IMG/VR virus record: IMGVR_UViG_3300045996_002337
Coordinates: 239,971 to 303,970 of that record
DNA length: 64,000 nt
Direction: 5' to 3' (one strand)
From: a virus
The first letter of the stretch is position 1, and every line of letters begins with the position of its first letter. The notes under the pieces are model-generated. The model made no database searches. It had not been told where the DNA came from and was given only the letters and a program-made list of their open reading frames with translations. This document shows, piece by piece, positions 35,032-45,011 of this stretch. The position numbers and the translations under genes were made by a program.

Positions 35032-36729
35032 TTACTTCGTGGAGAAGAGGACGATTTCAACGCGACGGTTCTGTGCATCCGAACCAATAGGCTGGGTGTC
35101 GCCATAACCACGGGTCACGATGCGCTCTGTCGGGAAGTTCGAGCCGGCGTTGGTCATGAGGAACTGCTTCACTGCTTCAGCACGGGCCTTCGACAGAATC
35201 ATGTTCGACGTAGGGTTACCCTTGGAGTCGGTGTGACCATTGATCTGGACCGAGAGACTCGACACCGCGATGTTGTCGAGAAGGTCATTCAGAACGGCGA
35301 TGGAAGCGGGCTTGATCGTGGACTTACCGCTGTCGAACTCAACCGTGTACGACTTGTTGGCAACGACCTCAGCCTTTTGACCACCGTACGTAGGCACCGC
35401 AGCCGGAGCAACCGTGGTCGAGCCTGCCAGCAGCGCTTGAACATACGTCGTGTCGACCACATCTTCGTAGGGAATCAGCTTGTCGAGCATGTCAGGAAAG
35501 TACTTTACCGCGATGTTGCCATAGACGGTGTAGACCTTCTTGTACAGGTTATCGTTGCCATTCAGGCCAAAGAGAAACGCGTTGTCAGCGAGGCCGTTGG
35601 TCGTCGAACCACCCAAGAAGATCGGGTTGCCAGTCTTGTCGTTCTCAACGACACCACGGTGGTACTTCGCCCAGTATGCGGCGTCCTGTTCACCATAGAC
35701 TTTGGCTTGAACTGCACCAGACTTGAGCAGTGCGTCAGAGTTGGAGCGAACTGCTTCACCACCTTCGAACGCTGCAGCCAAGAGGGCCTTCACGACTTCA
35801 GGGTTCTTCTGCATCCACTGCTTGTTGCCAATGATGGTCGTCGGCATTTGCCATGCGTATTCCTTCGTCGAGGCGAGGACTTTGAGGTTACCACGTTCAC
35901 GTGCCAGCTTCACATCGCCTGGGGTCCAGGTTGCAGAACCGTTCACGCAAACCTTTTGACTCTGTTTGGTAGCGGTGTTCGTGCGCGTTTCGCATGCACC
36001 TGCCATGAACTTTTCATCAGCTTCCGTGAAGGAGCCAGTGCCAGCAAAGTTCATGCCATTCGGGTCATACGTCTTCGGGTCAGAGTTCACGACGATGCCG
36101 TTATCCGCGGCGTACTTGATGCAGATGTTGATGTCACCATCACCGAGGTAACCGGCAATCAGCGAGCCCTTTGCGGTCGCGTTCTTGTCGATGATGCACT
36201 TGTCTTCACCACGGCTGTAGCCGAGGGCACCAACAACGGCAACCGACTGATTGAACGGAGCGAGTGCGTCATTTGCACCCTTGACGAAAGCAGGGTAACC
36301 GTCACCCATGATGATCACGAAGTGCGAGCCCTGCGAGTTGTCTTTTGCGAAGGTGGCGAGGTCAGCAATGAGCTTCGCGTAGTCGTCTTCACGCTTGATG
36401 TTGACCTTCAGGCCGCGCTTGGCCATCAGGGAACCAGATGCGGTCGTTGCATCGCCGTTCGCGAAGTGCAGACCGGCGGTGCCGTTCCACGGAATCGTCT
36501 TGATGCGGATCGTGTCGCTCGAAGAAACGGTGGTTGCAGCGATCGTGGTCGTTGCGGCAGGAGTGGCTGCAGCAGCCGTCGGCAGATCGATCTTGTCAGG
36601 CACGGAGGCCTCAATCGTTGCCTTCGGCTTGAAGTAGCCAGCGTTCATTGCGATGTGGGCGCCGTAGCCCAGGATACCGACAGCCGCAGCGATGAGAATC
36701 GCCTTCGGTGCCGCTTTCAGCTTTGCCAT
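35032..36729 (-). CDS. OmpA-family peptidoglycan-binding protein with large periplasmic N-domain
   Basis: C-terminal NGHTDSKGNPTSNMILSKARAEAVKQFL...TRGYGDTQP...NRRVEIVLF is the OmpA/MotB PG-binding motif. N-terminus MAKLKAAPKAILIAAAVGILG resembles that of the SBP gene at 29173-30243. Confidence 0.7.
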   Translation of the reverse strand: MAKLKAAPKAILIAAAVGILGYGAHIAMNAGYFKPKATIEASVPDKIDLPTAAAATPAATTTIAATTVSSSDTIRIKTIPWNGTAGLHFANGDATTASGSLMAKRGLKVNIKREDDYAKLIADLATFAKDNSQGSHFVIIMGDGYPAFVKGANDALAPFNQSVAVVGALGYSRGEDKCIIDKNATAKGSLIAGYLGDGDINICIKYAADNGIVVNSDPKTYDPNGMNFAGTGSFTEADEKFMAGACETRTNTATKQSQKVCVNGSATWTPGDVKLARERGNLKVLASTKEYAWQMPTTIIGNKQWMQKNPEVVKALLAAAFEGGEAVRSNSDALLKSGAVQAKVYGEQDAAYWAKYHRGVVENDKTGNPIFLGGSTTNGLADNAFLFGLNGNDNLYKKVYTVYGNIAVKYFPDMLDKLIPYEDVVDTTYVQALLAGSTTVAPAAVPTYGGQKAEVVANKSYTVEFDSGKSTIKPASIAVLNDLLDNIAVSSLSVQINGHTDSKGNPTSNMILSKARAEAVKQFLMTNAGSNFPTERIVTRGYGDTQPIGSDAQNRRVEIVLFSTK

Positions 36730-36803
36730 TTGTTTTCCTTCAAAGTTTCAAAATACAAACTAAGTCCTGTCAGACTTTTCTATCCAGTATGGACAGATGA
36801 TGA

Positions 36804-36833
36804 ATTATACACCACCTGTCCATACCTGTACAA
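36804..36833 (-). promoter_or_regulatory. promoter of the TGTACA-N17/18-TATAAT family
   Basis: Plus attatacaccacctgtccatacctgtaca. Confidence 0.45.
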
Positions 36834-36837
36834 CGCT

Positions 36838-37860
36838 TTACTTACGTGAGAGCAGTTCGCTGTAGTCAACTTGACCTGCAGCAGGGACACCGATTCCCAT
36901 GTTGAGCGTGGAGTTCACGGTAGTGTGCTCGAGCATTTGTTGCTTGCTGTTGCCAAGCAGAATGCTGTCGGCTTTGTTTTCCCACTCTTGCAGACGCTTG
37001 AGCGCTTCTTCTTCATAAACGCCGTTCTGAAGATCAAGACCATCAACGAAACCCTTCGAGTTCTCAATGAAGTTCTCGATTTCACCAAGCTTCATGCCGT
37101 AGTCGTTCACTACGTATTCCATGGCTTGGTCGAACAGTTCCTTCTGGTCAGTACCGCCCATCAGAATCTTCTTCGCGGTCATCATCGCCGAGTGCGACTC
37201 AAGGATCAGATTGCGCTGGAGTTCCTGCGACTTGACTTCGTTGTTGAGGTCAGCGATAACGGTGTCAGTTACCTCGCGGTACTTGCGAAGCGCTTTCAAG
37301 TGAACCTGCATTTGGAGAAGCAGCGGTTTCAGAGTTTCTTTGTTCAGCTTCTCCATGCGAATCGCCTGACGACCTGACACCTGCACCGCAGAAACGTTGT
37401 TGCGTTCGCGCGCCACTTTGGCGATGGACATGTTGCGTTCGTACTCAGCTTCATTCGTCTGCACTGCTTTTTCACAGACCTTCACTTGACCTTGGAGCTT
37501 GGCGATGGATTCGTCCATTGTCTCTTGCTTTTTACGAAGGTCCTCAATGTAGGACTTCATGATGCCAATTGGATCGATTTCAACGAAAGCTCCAGTGACC
37601 TTTCGCATGGCGCTCTTGAACGCGTAGCTGATGAGCGTTTGGAACTTCTTGTTCGACAGAATCATGATGATCGCGAAGAGAACTGCACCGAGCACCGTCA
37701 GCGTGATTGCTTGTCCGACCATCGTGATCGCCATACCGAAGATGTTGATCAGCGTAGGGCCAACGAAGAAGACGGTTGCGAGGACACCAAGCCCGATCGC
37801 AATCATACCCGTCGTACCCTCTGGCCGCTCCCAGAAGCTCTTTGGTTTAAAGTCGTTCAT
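36838..37860 (-). CDS. membrane-anchored coiled-coil protein (PspA/IM30-like?)
   Basis: Two N-terminal TM helices then long predicted coiled coil. Confidence 0.45.
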   Translation of the reverse strand: MNDFKPKSFWERPEGTTGMIAIGLGVLATVFFVGPTLINIFGMAITMVGQAITLTVLGAVLFAIIMILSNKKFQTLISYAFKSAMRKVTGAFVEIDPIGIMKSYIEDLRKKQETMDESIAKLQGQVKVCEKAVQTNEAEYERNMSIAKVARERNNVSAVQVSGRQAIRMEKLNKETLKPLLLQMQVHLKALRKYREVTDTVIADLNNEVKSQELQRNLILESHSAMMTAKKILMGGTDQKELFDQAMEYVVNDYGMKLGEIENFIENSKGFVDGLDLQNGVYEEEALKRLQEWENKADSILLGNSKQQMLEHTTVNSTLNMGIGVPAAGQVDYSELLSRK

Positions 37861-37881
37861 TTGTTTAGTTTCCTTTCCGGC

Positions 37882-38529
37882 TTAACCGAGGGTAGAGAGA
37901 ATGGTGCTCTTGTGACCGTTGAGCGTTTCGCGCACGTGCTGAGCTGCTGCCTTGAACTCGACTTCTGCTTGGCGGAGCTCATGTTCTTTCGCTTGTGCTT
38001 CGCCACGAAGTTGGCTTGCCTTGGTCGTCTGCTCGAGAACTTGACCTTGCAGGGACGTGATGCGCTCAGTAAGGCGGCGAATTTCATCATTCGCCGCAGC
38101 GGTTGCTTGCTCGGCAGCGTCGGCTTGTCGCGTAAGACCACCAACCTCAGTTTGAATCTTCGCGTTCAGCGCTTGGCTGAACCGCATTTCTTCGCCATCG
38201 ACGTCGCTCAAGTGAATCGCGACCGCGTCAGCAATCTCCTTTGGGGAACGACCGCCGCCCGCCTTGTGCGCGGCTTTCAGGCGCATTACCTGATCAGGAA
38301 TGACGTCAGCAAGGTTGTCGCTTTGTGCCAGCAGCGCAGTCAGTGCGGTGTTTCGACCAAACGTCGCCTTTTCAATCGCTTGCACCATTGCTGGATTCAG
38401 CGTCGAGGAGGAAGCTGGCGAGGTAGACCCATTGGTCGCTTGCGCTGCGACAGGCTTTTGGGTGGGAGTCGACGTAGTTTCGCCCTCCTCCTCGAGCACC
38501 AAACCCTTAATTGCTTTGAGAAAACTCAT
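37882..38529 (-). CDS. coiled-coil protein, hypothetical
   Basis: 215 aa ORF. Confidence 0.5.
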   Translation of the reverse strand: MSFLKAIKGLVLEEEGETTSTPTQKPVAAQATNGSTSPASSSTLNPAMVQAIEKATFGRNTALTALLAQSDNLADVIPDQVMRLKAAHKAGGGRSPKEIADAVAIHLSDVDGEEMRFSQALNAKIQTEVGGLTRQADAAEQATAAANDEIRRLTERITSLQGQVLEQTTKASQLRGEAQAKEHELRQAEVEFKAAAQHVRETLNGHKSTILSTLG

Positions 38530-38560
38530 GTTCAGTCCTTAAAAATGATGTGTTATCGTA

Positions 38561-38779
38561 TCACGCCGATGGCGGAATGTGAACTTTGTTGGTGGCGATA
38601 TTCAGGTTGATGCGTCGTTCATGGACACTGATCGCCCACTGTCGAACCTCCTTCAGCTCCGCTTCCCAGATCGCTTCCTCTGGGCTGCTCTTTGCAGGTT
38701 TGTTGTCATGCAAAAGGCAGAAGAGCTTGTTGATGGCCCGCAGTGCGGCATCAGTTTTCTCCCACGTATCGTAGTTCAC
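38561..38779 (-). CDS. hypothetical protein
   Basis: 72 aa ORF, 4-nt overlap with the RNA ligase gene. Confidence 0.4.
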   Translation of the reverse strand: MNYDTWEKTDAALRAINKLFCLLHDNKPAKSSPEEAIWEAELKEVRQWAISVHERRINLNIATNKVHIPPSA

Positions 38780-40137
38780 TTCTCGCCTTCAAGCCACTTG
38801 TTGCTGATCACTTTGAACTGGTGCGAACCATCCATCGCCTTGAACACGAGACCTTCGCGCACAGCAGCGACCATACTTGGACCATCAGCGAACTTGAGCA
38901 GATCGTCCATGTTGTGAATGCCGAGTTCGGCGAGGGTCACGTTGAAGTGCAGCACAGGCACATGCTCGATCATCTCGCAACCGAAGAGGTTCTTCGCGCA
39001 TTCATTCGCGCTCTTGATCCAAGCAAGGCGTTGGTCAGGAGTCATGAACTCGCCATTCTTGATGTCGAAGATGTTGTACACGAAGAAGCGGTTTTCTGTG
39101 AAGCGTTCTTGGTTGCCCTGGATTCCGGGGCCCATCAGTTCGCCTTGAAGTGCAACGTCGCCACCTTGTTCCGCGATCAGCTCGAGGAGGTCAGGGCTGG
39201 CCATCTTGACAAACGCGTTGTCCTCGTTGCCTTCCAGCTTGAGGTCGAGATTGCGCGAGCACACGCCCTTGATCTCGAGGCCTTCATCGCACTCGGCGTT
39301 CTTCACGTAGGCGGTCATCGAGCTGCCGTCCATCTTCATGGTCACCTCGTAGCGGGTGTCGCGGCTGGCTTCAGCCTTGCGGACCTTGTGCCACTTGCTG
39401 GTCGATTCGTGCCACACGATGTCACCACGGGCGCACATGGCGTCGAGAGCTTCGTCGGGAATGTTCTCGACGCTGAACTCGTAGGTGACATCCTCGTAAC
39501 CGAAGATTTGGTTGCCCATGTTCTGCGCACGTTCTTGATCGCTCTTCTTCAGGAACGAGGGGAAGTTGCCCTTGGCCAGACCAACAAGCTGAGCGCTGGG
39601 CACAGGCGGTTCCCATTTCATGATGCCGAGAAGGCCCGTGAAGTTATACTGACGAATGTCTTCAAAGTCGTAAGTATGACGGCCGGCATCTCGCTCACGG
39701 TGAAACCCGTCGATGAATTCCTCGACTTCGGGGAAAAGGCTCAGCGGTAGCGCGAGACCTTGCGAGAGCTGCTTGCGGAGGCGGATCGTCTTCAGGCGAG
39801 CACCATCGATTCCGTTCCACGTGATCTTGTTCTTCGCGAGGAAGGCGTAACGTTCATCATCGAGCGGTAGGAAACTGTCGACCTCGAAGAACACGCATGA
39901 ATCTCCAACCTGAAATTCTCCAGCCTTGACCACGACCTTCCAGCCTTCAACTGAAGCAACCTTGATCAGGTCTGCACCAGGGATGTCGTCGATCGCATCG
40001 ATGCGCCTGACGGTCACGAGCTTCCGGCCGTCAGCAACCGCGTCTTGGACGAGACGTTGACGGCGAACAGCTTGAAAAGCCGTATGGTCGCCAATGATTT
40101 GGGCATCTGCTTCATTGTATTCATTCATCGTCATCAT
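38776..40137 (-). CDS. ATP-dependent RNA ligase (Rnl5/DraRnl-like: N-terminal domain plus nucleotidyltransferase domain)
   Basis: Motif I VTMKMDGSS (KxDG), motif IV EGLVFKAMDG, motif V FKVISNKW. N-terminal RRIDAIDDIPGADLIKVASVEGWKVVVKAGEFQVGDSCVFFEVDSFLP matches the DraRnl-type N-domain. Confidence 0.7.
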   Translation of the reverse strand: MMTMNEYNEADAQIIGDHTAFQAVRRQRLVQDAVADGRKLVTVRRIDAIDDIPGADLIKVASVEGWKVVVKAGEFQVGDSCVFFEVDSFLPLDDERYAFLAKNKITWNGIDGARLKTIRLRKQLSQGLALPLSLFPEVEEFIDGFHRERDAGRHTYDFEDIRQYNFTGLLGIMKWEPPVPSAQLVGLAKGNFPSFLKKSDQERAQNMGNQIFGYEDVTYEFSVENIPDEALDAMCARGDIVWHESTSKWHKVRKAEASRDTRYEVTMKMDGSSMTAYVKNAECDEGLEIKGVCSRNLDLKLEGNEDNAFVKMASPDLLELIAEQGGDVALQGELMGPGIQGNQERFTENRFFVYNIFDIKNGEFMTPDQRLAWIKSANECAKNLFGCEMIEHVPVLHFNVTLAELGIHNMDDLLKFADGPSMVAAVREGLVFKAMDGSHQFKVISNKWLEGEK

Positions 40138-40196
40138 TTTCTCCTGGTATGTCTATGGTGTATTGTATCATTATCAGCGCAGGATGTACACCTTTT

Positions 40197-40230
40197 TTCG
40201 CGCCGCTATCTAGCAACTAATGCTATAATT
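40197..40230. repeat. 30-bp exact repeat copy B, upstream of the RNA ligase gene
   Basis: Identical to 16655-16690. Confidence 0.7.
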
Positions 40231-40717
40231 GTTGCGCGTCGGGGGTCTTGACTCTGTGCTCTTCTGCTCGCTTCATTGCTGCCAGTCCTTTGACGACGCG
40301 AACCGGGTCGACGAGATGCGGGTGTGCGGCCATGAACTCCTGCTCTTGAGGAGTCATCTCATTCCCGCGGAGGCCATTGCAGTCAGAGCAGCACGGCCGA
40401 AGGTTCTCGACTGCATCCACCCCGCCGAGTGATTTGGGAATGATATGGTCGCGTGTCATCAGAACAGGCACCCCACAACGCCTCGCATAGAGGTTCAGGC
40501 AAGGTTTGCCCATATGGTTCTTGTGACGATCTGCAATCCAACTGGTGGCTTCACAGCCGCAGTTGTAGCACTTGATGGGGTGTCCGCGGAGGGACAAGAA
40601 GAGAGCTGCACCGCTAGCCGCGGATACAGCTTGGCCTCTCACGAGGCGCTCAGCTTTCGGCTTTGAGAGAATATCGAAGCCGTCTTCCAGTGAAACCTCG
40701 TGATAGAAGATCAGCAT
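40223..40717 (-). CDS. HNH endonuclease
   Basis: CYNCGC...HIIPKSLGGVDAVENLRPCCSDCN is an HNH motif with zinc-binding cysteines. Confidence 0.7.
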   Translation of the reverse strand: MLIFYHEVSLEDGFDILSKPKAERLVRGQAVSAASGAALFLSLRGHPIKCYNCGCEATSWIADRHKNHMGKPCLNLYARRCGVPVLMTRDHIIPKSLGGVDAVENLRPCCSDCNGLRGNEMTPQEQEFMAAHPHLVDPVRVVKGLAAMKRAEEHRVKTPDAQQL

Positions 40718-40775
40718 TCAGGTCGGGGGTTCGTTTGCATAGAAGCATTTTAACACCGACCTGTAAGCTTGTACA

Positions 40776-41111
40776 TCAGTCCGTCGCGCGGCGTCCGCCC
40801 TGCACCTTCACTTCTGGCTTGAACTCGCCACGGTCCGTGCGCCGGCGCGGCTTGAAGGGCGCCGTAACTTGCGTGTTCTCTGCTGAGAGCGTCACAACGA
40901 CCTCGACCATCTTTTCATCTGGGCGAAGATTGATGTCAAATTTGTTGGTGAAGAGCTTCGCATTGAGGACGTCATCAACGATGATTGGTCCTTGCTTTTC
41001 TGGATCAAAGCCTCCGAAGAAGCGGCCGTCAGAATCTCTGACGATGGCGTACAGTGAAATGGTATTCATCTTGGTCTCAATTGATGGAAATACCGTGCTG
41101 CATAAGTTCAC
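40776..41111 (-). CDS. hypothetical protein
   Basis: 111 aa ORF. Confidence 0.45.
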   Translation of the reverse strand: MNLCSTVFPSIETKMNTISLYAIVRDSDGRFFGGFDPEKQGPIIVDDVLNAKLFTNKFDINLRPDEKMVEVVVTLSAENTQVTAPFKPRRRTDRGEFKPEVKVQGGRRATD

Positions 41112-41490
41112 GGCTTAGTTTAAGGAAAAGAAGGATATTAAAGCAACGTGCGTATGCTTCTGAAAACATGAATGGCGTTTCAATCCTAATGCCATTCATG
41201 ATAAAGGAGGCAACCCAGCCAATTTGTTTATTGGACTGGCTAGGCGCCCTCAATTCAAGTGCCAACTTGATCTTCGCCTCAATTTGAGAGAGCGCGTTGA
41301 GGTCAGTCAAGTAGTTAACATTCGGCAGTACCCACAGCGAAATGTTCGAAATAAAATAATCGTTGAGATGGTTGTTCCGAGCAAACTTCTCCCAGTTCGT
41401 TGAAATTTCATCCAACGAAGTTGCAGCAAGTTGTTCAAGTGTTGGCTTGACCTTCTTGTGATGATCTGCAAAGGAGATGATGTCAGCCAT
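41077..41490 (-). CDS. hypothetical protein
   Basis: 137 aa ORF. Confidence 0.45.
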   Translation of the reverse strand: MADIISFADHHKKVKPTLEQLAATSLDEISTNWEKFARNNHLNDYFISNISLWVLPNVNYLTDLNALSQIEAKIKLALELRAPSQSNKQIGWVASFIMNGIRIETPFMFSEAYARCFNILLFLKLSRELMQHGISIN

Positions 41491-41659
41491 TCAGCGTGTC
41501 CTTAATCGACACCAATGGAAGCCATTCAACCCACTGATTCAGTCGCGTGCTGAAGATGAAGGCTTTACGGTGCTGGAACCAAATGACCAGCGTGTCATCT
41601 TCCAATTGCTTTGGCAAAACGGGCTGAAGTGGACATGAGTGGACATAGACCTTCTGCAT

Positions 41660-42475
41660 TTAGACCTCCACGAATTTTGGGCCATACTGATTAAACTCAG
41701 ATGCATGTTCATTGTTGTACCCACTAGGGTTGCACACGACACGTGTGCCCCACATCTCAGTGTCAATCGAATCATGAGTATGGCCGTGAATCCATAGATC
41801 GATTTTTCCACCTGCAAGGAGGGCGTCACAGTTCGACGCAAAACCGCCGTTGATTTCATTACCAAAACGGGGGTGACACAGCCGATATGATGGCATGTGA
41901 TGCGAGATGACCACTGTCCTACCTTCAAATGGCTTCTCAAGGTGCTCCACGATCTTCGCCTTCTGCTTGCGGTGAATCTCGGCCATGTCAGGCACGGTGA
42001 ACCGGCGAGGCGGATCGTTCAAATGTGATTGATCGATCTTGATGACGTAGAAGTCACGAAGAGATGAACCGACCATCCCGCGTTCCGCAATCGATTGACC
42101 GCCATCAGCCCACAGCGTGCTGAAGATGAATCGCGCGTTCTCAAGCTCGAGGTAGCCAACGTCGCAGGTCGCGAACTCAGTCTTCTCGCTTACGCCCAAC
42201 TCGAGGCTGAATTTCGTGGACCACTCCGTCATGTTGTGGCCGTAAAATTCGTGGTTGCCGGGAATGTAGATGACCTTCAGAAACCGTTTCTCAATCTCGC
42301 GGAGAAAGGCAATGAGTTGATCGAACTTGGAGCTGATATCACCCGCCAAAACCAAAACGCTCTCAGCATCGCGCTCGTCGGGGGCAACGAATGTTTTCAC
42401 CAGGAATTCAGCAGTTTGCCCGGTCCATTGCTCAAGATGCAGGTCGCTCGCGACACGAATGTATTTTGGTTTCAT
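41660..42475 (-). CDS. calcineurin-like metallophosphoesterase
   Basis: MPP motifs DLH, GDIS, GNHE, GHTH. Confidence 0.7.
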   Translation of the reverse strand: MKPKYIRVASDLHLEQWTGQTAEFLVKTFVAPDERDAESVLVLAGDISSKFDQLIAFLREIEKRFLKVIYIPGNHEFYGHNMTEWSTKFSLELGVSEKTEFATCDVGYLELENARFIFSTLWADGGQSIAERGMVGSSLRDFYVIKIDQSHLNDPPRRFTVPDMAEIHRKQKAKIVEHLEKPFEGRTVVISHHMPSYRLCHPRFGNEINGGFASNCDALLAGGKIDLWIHGHTHDSIDTEMWGTRVVCNPSGYNNEHASEFNQYGPKFVEV

Positions 42476-42495
42476 CTTACTATTATAGCCTTAAA

Positions 42496-42690
42496 TTAGG
42501 CTAAGTTGGCAACTTTTTTCAGAACTTCCTGATGGAGCATAAACCAGCCATCAACCTTTTGCTTAAGGTCACGCACGGCCCCGGGAGCTTCAATGTGGGC
42601 AATGACTTCTACTACCGCTTCACGAGCAGCATTTTCCCTTTTAATCGCATCACGCCGTTCAGCGTATGCAGAAAAGTCATATAGCCTCAC
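42496..42690 (-). CDS. hypothetical small protein
   Basis: 64 aa ORF. Confidence 0.4.
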   Translation of the reverse strand: MRLYDFSAYAERRDAIKRENAAREAVVEVIAHIEAPGAVRDLKQKVDGWFMLHQEVLKKVANLA

Positions 42691-42701
42691 AAGAAAACTC
42701 C

Positions 42702-42938
42702 TTAAACTTCCGTGTTTCCTGGAGTATTTATGTCGGCAGGCTGCGGTTCAGGGACAACTGTCGTCAATTGCCCGTCGATTACCAGGTCTTCACCATTAAG
42801 CATGCGCTGAACGCGTGCCATGATCGTCTGGTGACCTTGCTGCTTGATCTGGGGCGGCTCGTCCTTAAACAGATCTAGCGCTTGCTTAACGCGGTAGGCT
42901 GCCTGCTTGGCAATTTGGTCGTAGTCTTTTGCGCTCAT
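42702..42938 (-). CDS. hypothetical small protein
   Basis: 78 aa ORF. Confidence 0.4.
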   Translation of the reverse strand: MSAKDYDQIAKQAAYRVKQALDLFKDEPPQIKQQGHQTIMARVQRMLNGEDLVIDGQLTTVVPEPQPADINTPGNTEV

Positions 42939-43210
42939 GTCTGTTTAAAGATTTTTACGGTTACGAGTTCGGTGTACGGTCTGTAGTCTGAATAAAGGCG
43001 TTCGCACTTCATTGGGATGTCAAGAAGCGCTCGGAACCCAGTGTCCTCAATTTCGAGGTAGTAGTTGGTAAACAGCTTCCCGATCTTTTTAGCATTTAGC
43101 TTTTTGGAGAGCCGATTTGCATGGTTCCAGCTCATCAGATATTCATGAACGAGTACACTCATTTTAGCCACCCCGCAACCACAAGAACGGTTATGAAGAT
43201 CCACGCGCAC
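42935..43210 (-). CDS. hypothetical protein
   Basis: 91 aa ORF, 4-nt overlap. Confidence 0.45.
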   Translation of the reverse strand: MRVDLHNRSCGCGVAKMSVLVHEYLMSWNHANRLSKKLNAKKIGKLFTNYYLEIEDTGFRALLDIPMKCERLYSDYRPYTELVTVKIFKQT

Positions 43211-43331
43211 AGCGTGGCGAATTGATTAATTTTCCATTTCCAAAAACCACCAGGGGTTTTCAGGATTTTCAAAACATCAAGAAAATACCACCCGATTGCG
43301 AAGCAAAGGATGTAGTGGAGAGCCAACAGCA

Positions 43332-43520
43332 TCAGAACAACCTCGCCACCCCGTAGGCCAAAAAGAAGGCGGCGATGATGAAGATGAAATAGAGCCAGCC
43401 TGGAAAAGGCACCCCACGCGGAAAGTCAGGCGGCGCATCACCCTCCAAGAAATTACGAGTAAGCCGATTGATGCCGTACATACCGCCAATGAAGATCACG
43501 AGAAAAATAAAAAGCGCCAT
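43332..43520 (-). CDS. small membrane protein
   Basis: 62 aa, hydrophobic. Confidence 0.35.
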   Translation of the reverse strand: MALFIFLVIFIGGMYGINRLTRNFLEGDAPPDFPRGVPFPGWLYFIFIIAAFFLAYGVARLF

Positions 43521-43521
43521 G

Positions 43522-43710
43522 TTAAGCTCTCACTGCGATAAAAATGTTGTAAATGGTGACGATCAGCGTGGTAACCGCAACGGCTTCAAGAAACTCCATC
43601 GTGGCCCTGGCACCAATGTGCATGTTGTCAATTGCTGGATTTCTATTGCCCTGGAAAAAGATAATCAGCCATGACGCAAAGAAGATACCGATGATGACTA
43701 ATGCAGACAT
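43522..43710 (-). CDS. small membrane protein
   Basis: 62 aa, hydrophobic. Confidence 0.35.
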   Translation of the reverse strand: MSALVIIGIFFASWLIIFFQGNRNPAIDNMHIGARATMEFLEAVAVTTLIVTIYNIFIAVRA

Positions 43711-45011
43711 CAGATTTCCACCAACTTATCAGTGCGGCTGTGATTGTAGGTGCAGAAGCGAAGGGAAGCGAACTCCTTGCCTTTGCTCTTCGACACTTCC
43801 TGGTAGGTGATCACGTGAGTACCAGCCAGCCACTTTTCGGGGTTGTTCTTCATGTCCTCACGCATTGCATCGGTGAAACCTGAGCCGACGTTGAAGCGAA
43901 CTTCAGTGCCGTTCTCGAGGAAGGCGATGCAGTTGACGCCGCCGACAGTGTTCTCAAGGCGCGACTTGGGACGACCTGGGTAGAAGCCAACGATTCGGGC
44001 GTCGACGTCGTAGAAGCGCTTGACCTTCACCCACGTGTAGGAGCGGCCCCATTCGTAAACAGCGTCCTCATTCTTGAGAATCAGGCCTTCACGTTCTGCC
44101 TTCTGCTTTGTCTCGTCGTCGATGCGCTCGTTGCAGTACGCGACCATGTCAGCGTAGTTCTGAACCTTGCGACCTTCGGTCAGCTTGATCTTCGTGAGAC
44201 CTTCGAGGAGGGCGGTGAGTGTCTCGCGCGTCTTGCCGTTGGTGATCGTCGTCTTCTGTGCAACCCAGTCGGTGAGCGGCATGATGAAGAAGGCGCGGAA
44301 CATCAGGGACTTCTTGGCGTCCACGTTCTTGCTGCCCTTGGCGTTCATCGTCTGCTCGAACGTCGTGCCGAGGGTTTCACCGTCCAACACGAAGTCTTGC
44401 CCGTAACGCTTGCGAATTTCGAGCAGCTCCTCGTCGAAGATGCCGTTGAGGTGGTCCGAAGGCTTGCCGCCACGCGCACGGTACTCTACGACGCCGTCCT
44501 TGACGAACGCGAATTGGCGGGTGCCGTCGTACTTGATATCCGCTTGGCAGGGGAACGTGACGTACTTTTCGAACTCGTCTTCGTCCTCGCACTTTTCGGC
44601 GAGCTGTTGATCCCAGCTGGGGATCGGATCGTTGGGCCATACCTTGTTGAAGGTGTCAGCCGAGAAGCCTGCTTTGGGGTCCTGATCGATCACACGCTCG
44701 AGATAGTCGGCGGTGTCCTTCGTAAAGTAGCTCAGAATGTTGGTGACAGCGGAGCGGGCTGCATTGCCGCTCAGATCACGCGTAGCGAGCGCATCCAGAA
44801 CGCTGAACACCGGCCCGAGAATGCCGTCCGTTTCGGCGTACTTTGCGGGACGATCGAACTTCTTGACGCCGAACGTGGTGTACGGGTCCATCGCGTAACG
44901 CATGAGCTTGCGGCCGTCGGCGTCCAGCGTGGCGAGCGCGGCTTGAATGGTCTTCTTCGAACCGGCGCCATTCGCGCTTTCGCAGGCTTTCAGGACTTCA
45001 ACGAATTTCAT
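43710..45011 (-). CDS. ATP-dependent DNA ligase
   Basis: Motif I ADIKYDGTR, motif IV EREGLILKNED, motif V YTWVKVKRF. Confidence 0.8.
   Translation of the reverse strand: MKFVEVLKACESANGAGSKKTIQAALATLDADGRKLMRYAMDPYTTFGVKKFDRPAKYAETDGILGPVFSVLDALATRDLSGNAARSAVTNILSYFTKDTADYLERVIDQDPKAGFSADTFNKVWPNDPIPSWDQQLAEKCEDEDEFEKYVTFPCQADIKYDGTRQFAFVKDGVVEYRARGGKPSDHLNGIFDEELLEIRKRYGQDFVLDGETLGTTFEQTMNAKGSKNVDAKKSLMFRAFFIMPLTDWVAQKTTITNGKTRETLTALLEGLTKIKLTEGRKVQNYADMVAYCNERIDDETKQKAEREGLILKNEDAVYEWGRSYTWVKVKRFYDVDARIVGFYPGRPKSRLENTVGGVNCIAFLENGTEVRFNVGSGFTDAMREDMKNNPEKWLAGTHVITYQEVSKSKGKEFASLRFCTYNHSRTDKLVEI

Noticed and set aside
35233-36849. 538-aa plus-strand ORF.
   Set aside because: Lies entirely antisense to the OmpA-like gene, whose C-terminal domain has a clear family signature. 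Long antisense ORFs are expected in GC-rich codon-biased sequence. Similar antisense ORFs lie at 37486-38610, 21271-22122, 61009-61941, 38743-39750 and 44397-45014.
41539-41940. 133-aa minus-strand ORF.
   Set aside because: It overlaps the metallophosphoesterase gene (41660-42475) in another frame. The MPP reading carries all signature motifs.
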